DNA of 64,000 nucleotides, taken from Mycobacteriales bacterium. Its GTDB lineage: Bacteria; Actinomycetota; Actinomycetes; BP-191. The notes beneath the pieces are model-generated. The model had not been told where the DNA came from. It ran no database searches and saw only the letters and a list, made by a program, of their open reading frames with translations. Where the stretch lies: positions 70,005 to 134,004 of the forward strand of contig DASTMB010000098.1 of NCBI GenBank assembly GCA_035714365.1. The letters run 5' to 3'. The translations under genes and the position numbers were made by a program. Below, piece by piece: positions 36,421 to 49,851 of this stretch. The first letter of the stretch is position 1. Each line of letters begins with the position of its first letter.

Positions 36421-37371
36421 ATGGCTGAGATCCTCGTCCTCGTCGAGCACGCCGACGGCACCCCCAAGAAGGTGACGTTCGAGATGCTCACCAAGGCGCG
36501 CGAGCTGGGTGAGCCGAGCGCCGTCTTCGTCGGCCGCAACTACGCCGCCGCCAAGGAGCGCCTCGCCGAGTACGGCGCCGCCAAGGTGTACGTCGCCGAG
36601 GGCGACGAGTACGCCGACCACGTCGTCGCGCCCGCCGCCGAGGTGCTCGCGTCGCTCGTGCGGTCGGCGTCGCCCGCCGCGGTGTTCGTCGCGTCGTCCG
36701 CGGACGGCAAGGAGGTCGCCGCCCGCCTCGCGGTCAAGACGTCCTCCGGCGTCCTCACCGACGCCGTCGACGTCGCCGACGGCTTCGTCGCGACGCAGAA
36801 CGTGTTCGGCGGCGCGACCGTCGTCCAGTCCCGCGCGCACGGCACCCCGATCGTCTGCCTCCGCCCCAACTCCACGCCCCCCACCGCCGCGCCGTCGACG
36901 CCCGCCGAGGAGCAGGTGTCGTTGACGCTCTCCGACGCCGCCAAGGGCGCCCGCGTGGTCGACCGGGTCGTGGAGGAGAAGGGCGGCCGCCCCGACCTCA
37001 CCGAGGCGTCGGTCGTCGTCTCCGGTGGTCGCGGCCTCGGCGGCGCCGAGCACTTCGCGCTGATCGAGACCCTCGCCGACTCCCTCGGCGCGGCCGTCGG
37101 CGCCTCGCGCGCCGCCACCGACGCCGGCTGGTACCCGCACCAGAACCAGGTCGGCCAGACCGGCAAGACCGTCTCGCCGCAGCTGTACCTGGCGGTCGGC
37201 ATCTCCGGCGCGATCCAGCACCGGGCCGGCATGCAGACGTCGAAGACGATCGTCGCGATCAACAAGGACCCGGACGCGCCGATCTTCTCGATCGTCGACT
37301 TCGGCGTCGTCGGCGACCTGTTCAACGTCGTGCCGCAGCTCACCGAGGAGATCGCCAAGCGCAAGGCGTAG
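36421..37371 (+). CDS. etfA: Electron transfer flavoprotein alpha subunit
   Basis: MAEILVLVEHADG...; FAD-binding C-terminal domain (SPQLYLAVGISGAIQHRAGMQTSKTIVAINKDPDAPIF). GGGAG RBS upstream. Embedded in the long track ORF 35638..37371. Confidence 0.9.
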   Translation: MAEILVLVEHADGTPKKVTFEMLTKARELGEPSAVFVGRNYAAAKERLAEYGAAKVYVAEGDEYADHVVAPAAEVLASLVRSASPAAVFVASSADGKEVAARLAVKTSSGVLTDAVDVADGFVATQNVFGGATVVQSRAHGTPIVCLRPNSTPPTAAPSTPAEEQVSLTLSDAAKGARVVDRVVEEKGGRPDLTEASVVVSGGRGLGGAEHFALIETLADSLGAAVGASRAATDAGWYPHQNQVGQTGKTVSPQLYLAVGISGAIQHRAGMQTSKTIVAINKDPDAPIFSIVDFGVVGDLFNVVPQLTEEIAKRKA

Positions 37372-37381
37372 GGCTGTTGCC

Positions 37382-37400
37382 AGGGCGCCCGGCTCGCCCT
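37382..37400 (+). terminator. Putative short GC hairpin downstream of etfA (weak intrinsic terminator candidate)
   Basis: AGGGCG-cccggct-CGCCCT starting ~11 nt after the etfA stop; no U-tract, as is common in high-GC actinobacteria. Confidence 0.25.
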
Positions 37401-37456
37401 AGGGTGCGCGCATTCGGTCGTGTCGCTTCGCGGCCCGGGGGACGGGGGAACGTCTC

Positions 37457-39022
37457 GTGGCTCCACGCCGTCTGCGCCTGCTCACCGCCGGCGCGCTCGC
37501 TGTCACCGCGGCCCTGCTCGCCGCACCCGCCGCCCGCGCGCAGGCCCCGTTGCCGCCCGCCTCGCGGGTCTGGCTCGGCCTCCAGCTCTCGCCGCGCGAC
37601 GGCGGCGTCACCGTCGACCGCGTCGAGTACTGCGCGTTCCTGCCCGGCGGCGGCACCGGCACGCTGCCCTGCGGCGTGACGCTCGCGCCCGGCGCGTCGG
37701 CGGTCGTCGCCTGCGACTCGGGGACGGTCGCCGGCACCGTCACGGCCAGCGTCCCGCTCGCCGGCGACCTGACGCGCACGGTCGAGGTGCCGTTCCGCGC
37801 GACGATCGCCAACGGCACCGGCACCGTCGAAGGCCCGGCCGGCCGCGCCGTCCGCAACGCCACCGACTCGGCGCTGCCCGTGCCCGCGCCGAACGCCTAC
37901 GCGTACGGCACCGCGACGCTGCGTCCGACGCTGGTCGTCGTCAGCGGTCCGGCGGCCTGCGCGGCCGGCAACGACGGCCCGCCGTGGTCGTTCCGCGCCG
38001 ACGTCACGGTCGACCCGGACACCGCCGAGGACGCCACGTCGGACGCGTACCTCCTCAGCGGGTCGTTGCCGGTCGAGGTGGTCGACGCGCTCGACGCGCA
38101 GGACACCGACCTGGCCGCCGCCGAGGTCTCCGGCGTCGGCATCGACCCCGACACCGGGCTGTTCCTCCAGCCGATCGGCAACGACCCGAACGGCGGGTCG
38201 GGCCGCACCTGCAAGCGCGCGGCGCGCGTCGACCGCTCGATCGGCCCGCCCGCGATCGCCGCCCCGGTACAGGTCATCTACTTCGTGCCGAACGACGTCC
38301 CGCCGAACATGGGCCTCGACCAGCCGATCGTCTGCAACGACGGCTACCGCGTCGAGTCCGGGATCGGCTACGCGTTCATGAACCTCCGCGACTGGACCGC
38401 CTCCGTACGCGGCGGCCAGGCCGACCGCATCCACGGCAAGTCGTACAAGCGGCAGATCCGTTCGGTGACGGCGTACGACAAGTCGTTCACGTTCACCAAC
38501 GTCATGTTCGTGCGCGGCAACCAGACGGAGGCGTACTACCGCGACTACGAGTACGGCGCCTTCGACGCGATTGTGACGGAGATGGTGCACAGGGGCTGGC
38601 GAGGTGGCCGGTTCGCCGTCTTCGCCGACGTCACCGGGTTGCACGCCGTCGGCGGCACGGCCGACGTAGGAGGCGAGTGGGCGGTGGCGTATCGCCGGCT
38701 CCGCAGCAACAAGGGGGTGCAGACCGCGGTTCGCTGGGGCTGTGCGACCGACGGCGACACGGCCGCCGCGCACGAGCTGACGCACGAGTTCGGCGCGGTG
38801 CCGCCGGGCGCGCCGGAATGGGTCACCGGCTACCACGTGACGCAGGAGCCGGACCTCATGTACCCGACCCTGCGGTCGACGTTCTCCGCGCGGCGCACCA
38901 ACGGCACCGCGACGGCACCGACGTCGTGGGACCGGGACAAGGACTCGTACACGTCGACGATCCTCACGGCGGCGAACGGCTACCTCGACGCCAACCAGAA
39001 CGGCATCCTGCGGGTATGTTGA
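37457..39022 (+). CDS. Secreted hypothetical protein with HExxH motif (putative zinc metallopeptidase of unassigned family)
   Basis: GTG start; VAPRRLRLLTAGALAVTAALLAAPAARAQA signal peptide; TAAAHELTHEFGAVPPGAPEW contains HELTHE (HExxH+E). 521 aa. Confidence 0.45.
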   Translation: MAPRRLRLLTAGALAVTAALLAAPAARAQAPLPPASRVWLGLQLSPRDGGVTVDRVEYCAFLPGGGTGTLPCGVTLAPGASAVVACDSGTVAGTVTASVPLAGDLTRTVEVPFRATIANGTGTVEGPAGRAVRNATDSALPVPAPNAYAYGTATLRPTLVVVSGPAACAAGNDGPPWSFRADVTVDPDTAEDATSDAYLLSGSLPVEVVDALDAQDTDLAAAEVSGVGIDPDTGLFLQPIGNDPNGGSGRTCKRAARVDRSIGPPAIAAPVQVIYFVPNDVPPNMGLDQPIVCNDGYRVESGIGYAFMNLRDWTASVRGGQADRIHGKSYKRQIRSVTAYDKSFTFTNVMFVRGNQTEAYYRDYEYGAFDAIVTEMVHRGWRGGRFAVFADVTGLHAVGGTADVGGEWAVAYRRLRSNKGVQTAVRWGCATDGDTAAAHELTHEFGAVPPGAPEWVTGYHVTQEPDLMYPTLRSTFSARRTNGTATAPTSWDRDKDSYTSTILTAANGYLDANQNGILRVC

Positions 39023-39717
39023 CCGCCCGCCGCGCTGCCGCGGTCGCCGCCGCGCTCGCGGCGATCGGCGGCTGCACGGCGACGGAGGCGGCGCGACCGT
39101 CGCCGTCGCCCGCACCGGTGCAGCGGCGGCCGCGCGACCCGGGGCCGCCGTTCGTGATGGCCGTGCCGGTCCCGCCGACCCCGCAACCAGGACCGGACGT
39201 GTCGGTCGCGGCGGCCGGGGTGACCCCGCACGGCTGGGTGCCGATCGGCGGCACGGTGCGGCTCACGATCACGCTGGTCAACCACAGTGACCGTTCGGTC
39301 CCGCTGCACCCGTTCACGAGCTACTCGAAGCGGATGCAGCTGCGGACGGTCGCGGCGCCGCCGGGCAGCACGGACGCGATCTGGTGCCACGACGACTACG
39401 TCGAGCCGCCTCCGCCCGAGGACATCGACCCGGCTCCGTACTGCACCCCCCGCAGTGGCCAGGCGGACATCACGCTCCGGCCGCGCGAACGGCGAACGGT
39501 GGCGTGGACGGTGCGGGTCATGGACTTCCAGTGCCCGGGTGCGGGCGACTTCCAGGACGAGCTCCGGATCTCGGCGGGGAGCTACCTGGACCACCGGCCG
39601 GACACCTTCCGGCTGTTCGTGTGGTTCGCCAACGACACGGACGACTACGCGGCGGCGAAGGCAAGGTACCCGTACCTGCACCGCACCGGCGCGCCCGCCT
39701 GCCGGTCGCGTGGGTGA
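39016..39717 (+). CDS. Putative lipoprotein (signal peptide with lipobox cysteine)
   Basis: MLTARRAAAVAAALAAIGGCTAT (L-A-A-I-G-G-C lipobox-like). ATG overlaps the preceding stop (ATGTTGA). 233 aa. Confidence 0.45.
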   Translation: MLTARRAAAVAAALAAIGGCTATEAARPSPSPAPVQRRPRDPGPPFVMAVPVPPTPQPGPDVSVAAAGVTPHGWVPIGGTVRLTITLVNHSDRSVPLHPFTSYSKRMQLRTVAAPPGSTDAIWCHDDYVEPPPPEDIDPAPYCTPRSGQADITLRPRERRTVAWTVRVMDFQCPGAGDFQDELRISAGSYLDHRPDTFRLFVWFANDTDDYAAAKARYPYLHRTGAPACRSRG

Positions 39718-39720
39718 CGG

Positions 39721-39960
39721 TCAGCGGCGGCGCAGCGGCTCGCCCTCCGCGCGGCCGCGGTTGAACAACGAGCCGTAGCCGGGCCCGCCCACGAGGTAGG
39801 CGCCGACGTTCTCGCGGTCGCCGCCGGTGAGGCGGCCCAGCCGGTACGCCAGCCACGGGAACGGCACCACGAGGACGCCCCACCACGAGTTCAGCGCGCG
39901 GTGGTCGAGGTCGTAGAGCCGCCGCAGCAGCCCGCGCCGTTGTCCGCTCATGCGGGACAT
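39721..39960 (-). CDS. Small hypothetical protein (79 aa)
   Basis: MSRMSGQRRGLLRRLYDLDHRALNSWWGVLVVPFPWLAYRLGRLTGGDRENVGAYLVGGPGYGSLF...; divergent from the PaaK-like gene (37-bp spacer). No family recognised. Confidence 0.3.
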   Translation of the reverse strand: MSRMSGQRRGLLRRLYDLDHRALNSWWGVLVVPFPWLAYRLGRLTGGDRENVGAYLVGGPGYGSLFNRGRAEGEPLRRR

Positions 39961-39997
39961 GATCCGGTGTCGCGGCGGCGCCGGTAGGGTTTTCGTC

Positions 39998-41374
39998 ATG
40001 CCGACCTGGGACCGCCGCACGCCGCAGCAGCAGGCGAAGGTGCGGGACGCGCTGCTGCGCCGGCAGCTCCGCGACGCGGTGGGGCCGTTCTCGCCGTACT
40101 GGCGCGAGCGGTTCGCGGCGCTGCGCGTCCCCGCGGCGTCGATCAAGACGGTCGCCGACCTGGCGAAGCTGCCCGCGGTGGGGGAGCGCGACGTCTGCCC
40201 CAACGGCGACGCGGCCGAGGCGGCGCGCCTGGTGCTCCAGGCGGACGAGGCCGGGTTCGCGCTGCACGCGCCGGGCCCGGACCTGCGCAAGGCGCTGGTG
40301 CAACGCCTCGCCGGCAAGGCGGCGTACCGCCGGCACGTGGAGGCGGACACCCGGCCGACGACGTTCCACTTCGCCGGCCGGTCGCTGCGGTTCCCGGTCG
40401 CGTCGACGCGCAACGACCTGGACCTGGTGGCGCGCGCCGGTGCCCGCGCGTGGACGGTGCTGGGCCTGACCAACGCCGACGTGCTGGTGTCGGCGGTGCC
40501 GGTGGCGGCGGCGCTGGACCACACGTTCCTCACGTACGCGGCGCTGGGGGCGGGGGCGCCGGCGCTGTTCCCCGGCGCGGACGTGGACCGGGTGACGGAG
40601 GCGCTGCGGCTGGTGCCGGCGACGGTGCTGGCGGTGCGCCCGGAGGAGGCCGCCGACCTGCTCGCCGCGGTCCCGCTCGGCGGCATCACGACCGTGCTGC
40701 TCGTCGGCGTCCCCGACGAGGCGGTGCGCGAGGCGGTGAGCAACGCCGCGCCCGACGCGCGGGTGCTCGGCCTGTGGGGGCCGGACGAGGGGCGCGTCAT
40801 GTGGGCGGAGTGCCGCGCGCGGTCGGGCTGGCACACCTACCCGGACCTCGAGCTCCTCGAGCTGGTCGACCCGGAGACGGGGAAGGCGCCGAGCCGCGAC
40901 GGCGGGGAGCTGACGGTGACGCAGCTCGGGTTCCGGGGGAGCGCGCTGCTGCGCTGGCGGACCGGCGACGTCGTGGACGGTCCGTTGGAGACCAACGCCT
41001 GCCCGGGCTGCGGCCGCACGGTGCCGCGCGTGCCCGCGACCGTGCACCCCGGCCACCTGCAGGTCCGCGTCGCGCTGCGCGAGGGCGAGCGCCACCTGGA
41101 CCTGCGTTCGGTCGCCGGCGCGCTGGCGGGCCGGCCGGACCTGGCGGACTGGATGGTGGAGGTCGTGCCGTCGCCGCGCGAGCACGACAGCGACCTGATC
41201 GTGCTCATCGCGCCGACCGGCGACGAGACGGACGCGGCGGTCGGCGCGTACCGCGACGTGCGCGCGGTGGCGGGCGTGACGCCGTCGCAGGTGGTGGTCG
41301 TGACGCCGGAGGAGCTGGCCGCCCGGCGGCCCCCGGCCGATACCGCCGCGCCCCGGGTGGTCGTCCGCCGGTAG
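39998..41374 (+). CDS. Phenylacetate-CoA ligase (PaaK)/coenzyme-F390-synthetase-like adenylate-forming enzyme homologue with a degenerate P-loop
   Basis: PaaK-like N-terminal helices ([60 protein letters not shown]) and C-terminal block ([39 protein letters not shown]...GELTVTQLG...RWRTGDVV). Where the SSGTTGKP loop belongs, the sequence reads [30 protein letters not shown]. Extra CPGCGR motif present. Confidence 0.55.
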   Translation: MPTWDRRTPQQQAKVRDALLRRQLRDAVGPFSPYWRERFAALRVPAASIKTVADLAKLPAVGERDVCPNGDAAEAARLVLQADEAGFALHAPGPDLRKALVQRLAGKAAYRRHVEADTRPTTFHFAGRSLRFPVASTRNDLDLVARAGARAWTVLGLTNADVLVSAVPVAAALDHTFLTYAALGAGAPALFPGADVDRVTEALRLVPATVLAVRPEEAADLLAAVPLGGITTVLLVGVPDEAVREAVSNAAPDARVLGLWGPDEGRVMWAECRARSGWHTYPDLELLELVDPETGKAPSRDGGELTVTQLGFRGSALLRWRTGDVVDGPLETNACPGCGRTVPRVPATVHPGHLQVRVALREGERHLDLRSVAGALAGRPDLADWMVEVVPSPREHDSDLIVLIAPTGDETDAAVGAYRDVRAVAGVTPSQVVVVTPEELAARRPPADTAAPRVVVRR

Positions 41375-41386
41375 TCTGGCGGCCTG

Positions 41387-42553
41387 ATGGTGTACCTCGA
41401 CCACGCCGCGACGACGCCGATGCTCCCCGAGGTGCTGGCGGCGATGACGCCGTTCTTCCTCACCGAGCCCGGCAACCCGTCCTCCCTGCACGCCTCCGGC
41501 CGCCGCGCCCGCCGCGCCGTCGAGGAGGCGCGGGAGGCGATCGCGCACGCGCTGGGCGCGCGGCCGAGCGAGGTGGTGTTCACCGGCGGCGGCACCGAGG
41601 CCGACAACCTCGCCGTGAAGGGCCTGTACTGGGCGCGCCGCGGCGCCGACCCGGCCCGCACCCGGATCGTCGCCAGCGCCGTCGAGCACCACGCGGTGCT
41701 GGACGCGGTCGACTGGCTGGTCGAGCACGAGAACGCCACCGTCACCTGGCTGCCCGTCGACCGCGCGGGCCGCGTCTCCGTCGACGACCTGCGTGGCGCG
41801 CTCGGCGACGACGTCGCGCTCGTCACGGTCATGTGGGCGAACAACGAGGTCGGCACGGTGCAGCCGGTCGCCGAGCTGGCGGCGGTCGCGGCCGCTGCGG
41901 GGGTGCCGTTCCACACCGACGCGGTGCAGGCGGTCGGCGCGCTGCCGGTCGACTTCGCCGCGAGCGGCGTGACGGCGCTGACGCTGACCGGCCACAAGAT
42001 CGGCGGGCCGAAGGGTGTCGGCGCGCTGCTGCTGCGGACCGGCGTGCCGTGCGTGCCGTTGCTGCACGGGGGCGGGCAGGAGCGCGACGTCCGTTCCGGC
42101 ACCCTCGACACCCCCGGCATCGTCGGCCTCGGCGCCGCCGTGCGCATCGCGGTCGAGCAGCAGCCGCAGCGCGCGTCGCACCTCGCCGGGCTGCGCGACG
42201 CGCTGGTCAAGGCGGTCACCGAGGCGATCCCCGACGCCACCCTCAACGGCGACCCGGAGGGCCGGCTGCCCGGCAACGCGCACCTGTCGTTCCCCGGCTG
42301 CGAGGGCGACTCGCTGCTGCTGCTGCTCGACGCGCGCGGCATCGAGTGCTCGACCGGCTCGGCCTGCACGGCCGGTGTCGCGCGGCCCTCGCACGTGCTG
42401 CTCGCGATGGGGCTGCCGGAGGACCTGGCGCGGGGGTCGTTGCGGTTCAGCCTCGGCCACACGACGACCGAGTCGGACGTCGCGGCGGTCGCCGACGCGA
42501 TCGTGCCCGTCGTCGAACGCGCTCGCCGCGCGGGCGCCACGCACGCGCGATGA
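41387..42553 (+). CDS. iscS: Cysteine desulfurase (IscS/NifS-like, PLP-dependent)
   Basis: [20 protein letters not shown]...[19 protein letters not shown] (PLP-Lys)...SACTAG (catalytic Cys loop). Confidence 0.85.
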   Translation: MVYLDHAATTPMLPEVLAAMTPFFLTEPGNPSSLHASGRRARRAVEEAREAIAHALGARPSEVVFTGGGTEADNLAVKGLYWARRGADPARTRIVASAVEHHAVLDAVDWLVEHENATVTWLPVDRAGRVSVDDLRGALGDDVALVTVMWANNEVGTVQPVAELAAVAAAAGVPFHTDAVQAVGALPVDFAASGVTALTLTGHKIGGPKGVGALLLRTGVPCVPLLHGGGQERDVRSGTLDTPGIVGLGAAVRIAVEQQPQRASHLAGLRDALVKAVTEAIPDATLNGDPEGRLPGNAHLSFPGCEGDSLLLLLDARGIECSTGSACTAGVARPSHVLLAMGLPEDLARGSLRFSLGHTTTESDVAAVADAIVPVVERARRAGATHAR

Positions 42554-43608
42554 GGGTCCTCGCCGCCATGTCCGGCGGCGTCGACTCGGCCGTCGCCGCG
42601 GCCCGGGCGGTCGACGCGGGCCACGACGTCACCGGCGTCCACCTCGCCCTCTCGTCGGCACCGGAGTCGAGCCGCACCGGCGCGCGCGGCTGCTGCACGC
42701 TGGAGGACGCGCGTGACGCGCGGCGGGCCGCCGACGTCATCGGCATCCCGTTCTACGTCTGGGACCTCGCCGAACGCTTCCGCGCCGACGTCGTGGACGA
42801 CTTCGTCGCCGAGTACGCCGCCGGCCGCACCCCCAACCCGTGCCTGCGCTGCAACGAGCGCATCAAGTTCGCGGCGGTGCTCGACAAGGCGCTGGCGCTC
42901 GGCTTCGACGCGATCTGCACCGGCCACTACGCGCGCCTGGTCGACGGTGTCCTGTACCGCGCCGCCGACACCGTGAAGGACCAGTCGTACGTGCTCGGCG
43001 TGCTGACGCCGGAGCAGCTCGCGGCGTCGCTGTTCCCGCTCGGCGGGTCGCTGAAGTCCGAGGTGCGCGCCGAGGCCGCCGCGCGCGGGCTGCTCGTCGC
43101 TGACAAGACCGACTCGTACGACGTCTGCTTCATCCCCTCCGGCGACACCGCGGCGTGGCTGCGCGACCGCGTCGGTGTCGCGCCGGGCCCGGTGGTCGAC
43201 GGTGACGGCACGGTGCTCGGGACGCACGAGGGCGCGCACCAGTTCACGGTCGGGCAACGCCGCGGGCTCGGCGTCGCGTCGCCGGACGGGCGGCCGCGGT
43301 ACGTGCTCTCGGTCTCGCCCGCGACGGCCACGGTGACGGTCGGCCCGGCGGAGGCGCTGGACGTGGACGTGGTGCGCGGCGTGCGGGCGCGCTGGGCCGG
43401 GCCGCCGCCCGCGGACGGCGAACGCCTGCTCGCCCAGGTGCGCGCCCACGGCGACGCCGCGCCGTGCGTCGTGTCGGTCGGCGGCGACGAGGTGACGGTG
43501 ACGCTGGACGCGCCCGCGCGGGGCGTCGCGCCCGGCCAGGCGGTCGTCCTCTACGACGGCGACCGCGTCGTCGGCTCCGCCACGATCGCGGCGACCGCGC
43601 GCCGGTAA
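42550..43608 (+). CDS. mnmA: tRNA-specific 2-thiouridylase MnmA
   Basis: [17 protein letters not shown] (PP-loop SGGxDS)...[12 protein letters not shown]...CTGHYAR. ATG overlaps the iscS stop (ATGA). Confidence 0.85.
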   Translation: MRVLAAMSGGVDSAVAAARAVDAGHDVTGVHLALSSAPESSRTGARGCCTLEDARDARRAADVIGIPFYVWDLAERFRADVVDDFVAEYAAGRTPNPCLRCNERIKFAAVLDKALALGFDAICTGHYARLVDGVLYRAADTVKDQSYVLGVLTPEQLAASLFPLGGSLKSEVRAEAAARGLLVADKTDSYDVCFIPSGDTAAWLRDRVGVAPGPVVDGDGTVLGTHEGAHQFTVGQRRGLGVASPDGRPRYVLSVSPATATVTVGPAEALDVDVVRGVRARWAGPPPADGERLLAQVRAHGDAAPCVVSVGGDEVTVTLDAPARGVAPGQAVVLYDGDRVVGSATIAATARR

Positions 43609-43617
43609 GGTCGGGGC

Positions 43618-43958
43618 ATGGCGGACGACGTGCGGCTCACCGACCTCGAGGTCATCCAGCGCTACAGCATCGCGGTGCGCGGCGAGACGGCCGCGCGCGA
43701 CGAGCTGGTGGCGGCGTTGCGGGCGGACCTGGCCTGGCTCGAGGGCGGCACGCGCGCCAGGGCGGCGAAGGCCGCACCCGCCGCGGCACCCCCCGCGAAG
43801 CCCGCGCCGGCCAAGGCCGCCGCCACGCCCGCCGCCAAGCCCGCGCCCGCGAAGCCCGCCCCGGCGAAGGCCGCCAAGCCCGCGCCCGCGAAGCCGGCCC
43901 CCGCCAAGCCGGCGACCAAGCCCGCCGCGAAGAAGGCCGCCCCCGCGAAGAGGCGCGG

Positions 43959-43962
<4 letters not shown>
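43618..43962 (+). CDS. Small protein with a folded N-terminal domain and a C-terminal Ala/Pro/Lys (PAKPA) repeat tail, histone H1/HupB-tail-like
   Basis: MADDVRLTDLEVIQRYSIAVRGETAARDELVAALRADLAWLEGG, followed by ~65 aa of AKPAPAK repeats. Confidence 0.4.
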
Positions 43963-46945
<2,983 letters not shown>

Positions 46946-47108
46946 GCGCGTCGTTCGCCCCCTTTCGGCACCATTTCCTTACTCTCGGGACTCAAGAATC
47001 CCGCTCGGTTGCCGATGATCGCCCCAGAGTCCGCCGTACGGCGCCGTCGTACGGACCACCGACACCTGCCCGCGCACGCGGACCAGGCCCACCGGGAGCG
47101 CCCGCACG

Positions 47109-49178
47109 ATGGTCGACGCGAGGGAGCAAGGACGCGGGCTGTTCTCCGCGTTCACGCTCTACATCGCCACCGTCACGGCGATCGGGCTGGTCTTCACGCT
47201 GAACACGGTCCGGCACCTCCGCGCCGAGGATGCGCGGCTGATGGGGCCGGCGTTCCTCATGGCCGCGGCGCTGCTCGTCGTCGGCGAGCTGCGGCCGCTG
47301 TTCACCGCCGGCGGCAAGGACCAGAACGGCGTCGCGACGTCGACGACGTTCGTGTTCGCGCTGCTGCTGCACTGGGGCCTCGGCGTCGCGATCCTCATGC
47401 AGGCCGTCGCGACGGTCGTCGCCGACCGCACCAACCGCAAGGCGTGGTGGCGCACCGGCTTCAACGTCGCGCAGTACTCGCTGTCCTACGGCGCCGCGTC
47501 GTGGGTGCTGCACGCGGTCGGCCGCACCGGCACGCCCGCCGACCCGCTGCACCTCACCGGCACCGACCTGCCCGCGATCGCGCTCGCCGGCCTCGCGTTC
47601 TTCGTCTGCAACAACCTGCTCGTCAGCGAGGCGATCTCGCTGCACACCGACGAGCCGCTGGCGACGGTCGTGCGGGAGGACCTGGCGTTCCAGGGCCTCA
47701 CGACGGCCGCCCTGCTCGCGCTGTCGCCGGTCGTCGTCGTCGTGCTCGAACGCAGCGTCGGCCTGGTGCCGTTGCTGCTGCTCCCGCTGTTCGCGGTCTA
47801 CAAGAACGCGTCGGTGTCGCTGGAGCGCGAGCACCAGGCGTTGCACGACACCCTGACCGGCCTGCCGAACCGCAAGCTGCTGCTCAGCCAGGTCACCGAC
47901 GCGATCGAGGAGGCGGGACGGCTCGACCAGCAGGTCGGGCTCTTCCTCCTCGACCTGGACCGGTTCAAGGACGTCAACGACACCTTGGGGCACCACGTCG
48001 GCGACGAGCTGCTGACCCACGTCGCGGACCGGCTGGCGTCGGTGCTGCGGCCGCAGGACACGGTGGCGCGGCTCGGCGGCGACGAGTTCGGGGTGCTGCT
48101 GCCGACCGTCCGCGACGCCGCCGTCGCCGAGGAGGTCGCCGAGCGCATCCGCGCGGCGCTCACCCAGCCGTTCCACCTGGACGAGGTGTCGCTCGACCTC
48201 GAGGCGAGCATCGGCATCGCGCTCTACCCGGCGCACGCCGGCGACGCGGACGCGCTCATGCAGCGCGCCGACGTCGCGATGTACCACGCCAAGGAGACGC
48301 GCAGCGGCATCGAGACCTACGACGCCGAGCGCGACCCGCACAGCACGCAGCGGCTCTCGCTGTTCGGCCAGCTCCGCCGCGCCATCGAGGACGGCGAGCT
48401 GGTCCTGCACTACCAGCCGAAGGTCGACCTCGAGTCCGGCGAGGTCGCCGGCGTCGAGGCGCTGGTCCGCTGGGAGCACCCGGAACGCGGCCTGCTCGGC
48501 CCGGACACGTTCGTCCCGCTCGCCGAGCAGACCGGCCTGATGAAGTCGCTCACCGCGAACGTCCTGGAGCAGGCGCTGCGGCAGACCGCGGTTTGGGCCG
48601 ACGCCGGGCTGCGCGTCCGCATGGCCGTCAACGTCTCCGCGCGCGACCTGCACGACGACGCGTTCTGCGACCGGGTCAGCGCGGCGCTGGAGCAGACCGG
48701 AGTCCCGGCGTCGATGCTCGAGCTGGAGCTCACCGAGCGCGTCGTCATGGCCGACCCGGAGCGCGCGATGCGCAACCTCACCGCGCTGTCCCGCCTCGGC
48801 GTCCGGCTCTCGCTGGACGACTTCGGCACCGGCTACTCGTCGCTCGCCTACCTGCGCCGCCTGCCGGTCACCGAGATCAAGATCGACAAGTCGTTCGTGC
48901 TGCGGATGGACGTGGACGACGAGGACGCGACGATCGTCCGCTCCACCATCGACCTCGCGCACGGCCTCGGCCTGCGCGTCCTCGCCGAGGGCGTCGAGAC
49001 CGCCGAGACCTGGCAACGCCTCTCCGACCTCGGCTGCGACGCCGCGCAGGGGTACTTCCTCTCCCGCCCGCACCCGGCCCGCGTCGTCACCGAGTGGCTC
49101 GCCGCCCGCGACGCGATCCCGGTGATGCGCGTCCTCGACGGCGGCCGCGACGGCGGCGAGCGCCGCGCCGCGCGTTGA
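47109..49178 (+). CDS. Membrane-anchored GGDEF-EAL protein (diguanylate cyclase/phosphodiesterase; N-terminal multi-TM sensor domain)
   Basis: ~8 hydrophobic helices, then GGDEF ([11 protein letters not shown]) and EAL ([24 protein letters not shown]) motifs. The minus-strand 693-aa ORF 46992..49073 is its antisense artefact. Confidence 0.8.
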   Translation: MVDAREQGRGLFSAFTLYIATVTAIGLVFTLNTVRHLRAEDARLMGPAFLMAAALLVVGELRPLFTAGGKDQNGVATSTTFVFALLLHWGLGVAILMQAVATVVADRTNRKAWWRTGFNVAQYSLSYGAASWVLHAVGRTGTPADPLHLTGTDLPAIALAGLAFFVCNNLLVSEAISLHTDEPLATVVREDLAFQGLTTAALLALSPVVVVVLERSVGLVPLLLLPLFAVYKNASVSLEREHQALHDTLTGLPNRKLLLSQVTDAIEEAGRLDQQVGLFLLDLDRFKDVNDTLGHHVGDELLTHVADRLASVLRPQDTVARLGGDEFGVLLPTVRDAAVAEEVAERIRAALTQPFHLDEVSLDLEASIGIALYPAHAGDADALMQRADVAMYHAKETRSGIETYDAERDPHSTQRLSLFGQLRRAIEDGELVLHYQPKVDLESGEVAGVEALVRWEHPERGLLGPDTFVPLAEQTGLMKSLTANVLEQALRQTAVWADAGLRVRMAVNVSARDLHDDAFCDRVSAALEQTGVPASMLELELTERVVMADPERAMRNLTALSRLGVRLSLDDFGTGYSSLAYLRRLPVTEIKIDKSFVLRMDVDDEDATIVRSTIDLAHGLGLRVLAEGVETAETWQRLSDLGCDAAQGYFLSRPHPARVVTEWLAARDAIPVMRVLDGGRDGGERRAAR

Positions 49179-49240
49179 CGGTGCGGTCCCGCCCGGCCTA
49201 GCGTCCGCGCCGTTCGACCCCTACCGAACGGAGCCCAGCC

Positions 49241-49504
49241 ATGTCGTTCCGCCGCGCCGCCGCCGCGCTCGCCATCGCCGCCCTGGGGGCGTTCGCGCCC
49301 GCCGCGCACGCCGACTACCCGTACACCTGCGACAACGTCGACTGCTTCGCGCTGTGGTGCGTCGACCACCTCGGCGACTGCCGAGACAGCAGCCCGAGCT
49401 CCGGCTTCTGCTACGACCGCACCTGCTTCGCCGCCAGGGGCGACGTCGCCGACTACGCGATGTACTGCACGCTGGACAACAGCCCGGTGTGGTGCGTCCT
49501 CTGA
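49241..49504 (+). CDS. Small secreted cysteine-rich protein (signal peptide + ~63-aa mature peptide with 8 Cys)
   Basis: [24 protein letters not shown] | [63 protein letters not shown]; RBS GGAG upstream. Confidence 0.4.
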   Translation: MSFRRAAAALAIAALGAFAPAAHADYPYTCDNVDCFALWCVDHLGDCRDSSPSSGFCYDRTCFAARGDVADYAMYCTLDNSPVWCVL

Positions 49505-49554
49505 CGCGGCCGCCGGCGGGAAACCTGTCGGCGGGCCTCGGTAGGCTTCGCCGC

Positions 49555-49851
49555 ATGGCCATCACCCGAGCCGAGGTCGCGCACCTCGCGCGCCTGTCGC
49601 GGCTGGCGTTGAGCGACGACGAGCTGGACCGGCTCGCCTCCCAGCTCGACGTCATCCTCGGCGCCGTCGCGCGCGTCGGGGAGGTCGCCGCCGGCGACAT
49701 CCTGCCGACCAGCCACTCGGTGCCGTTGACGAACGTCTTCCGCCCCGACGAGGTCCGCCCGTCGCTGCCGCGCGACGCCGCGCTCGCCGGCGCGCCGGCG
49801 GCCGAGCAGGGCCGGTTCCGCGTCCCGCGCATCCTGGACGAGGAAGCATGA
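49555..49851 (+). CDS. gatC: Asp/Glu-tRNA amidotransferase subunit C
   Basis: [38 protein letters not shown]... Start at the conserved Met (codon 68 of track ORF 49354..49851). Confidence 0.8.
   Translation: MAITRAEVAHLARLSRLALSDDELDRLASQLDVILGAVARVGEVAAGDILPTSHSVPLTNVFRPDEVRPSLPRDAALAGAPAAEQGRFRVPRILDEEA

Noticed and set aside
46992-49073. 693-aa minus-strand ORF
   Set aside because: Antisense to the well-supported GGDEF-EAL gene 47109..49178; Arg/Asp/Val-rich with no motifs.
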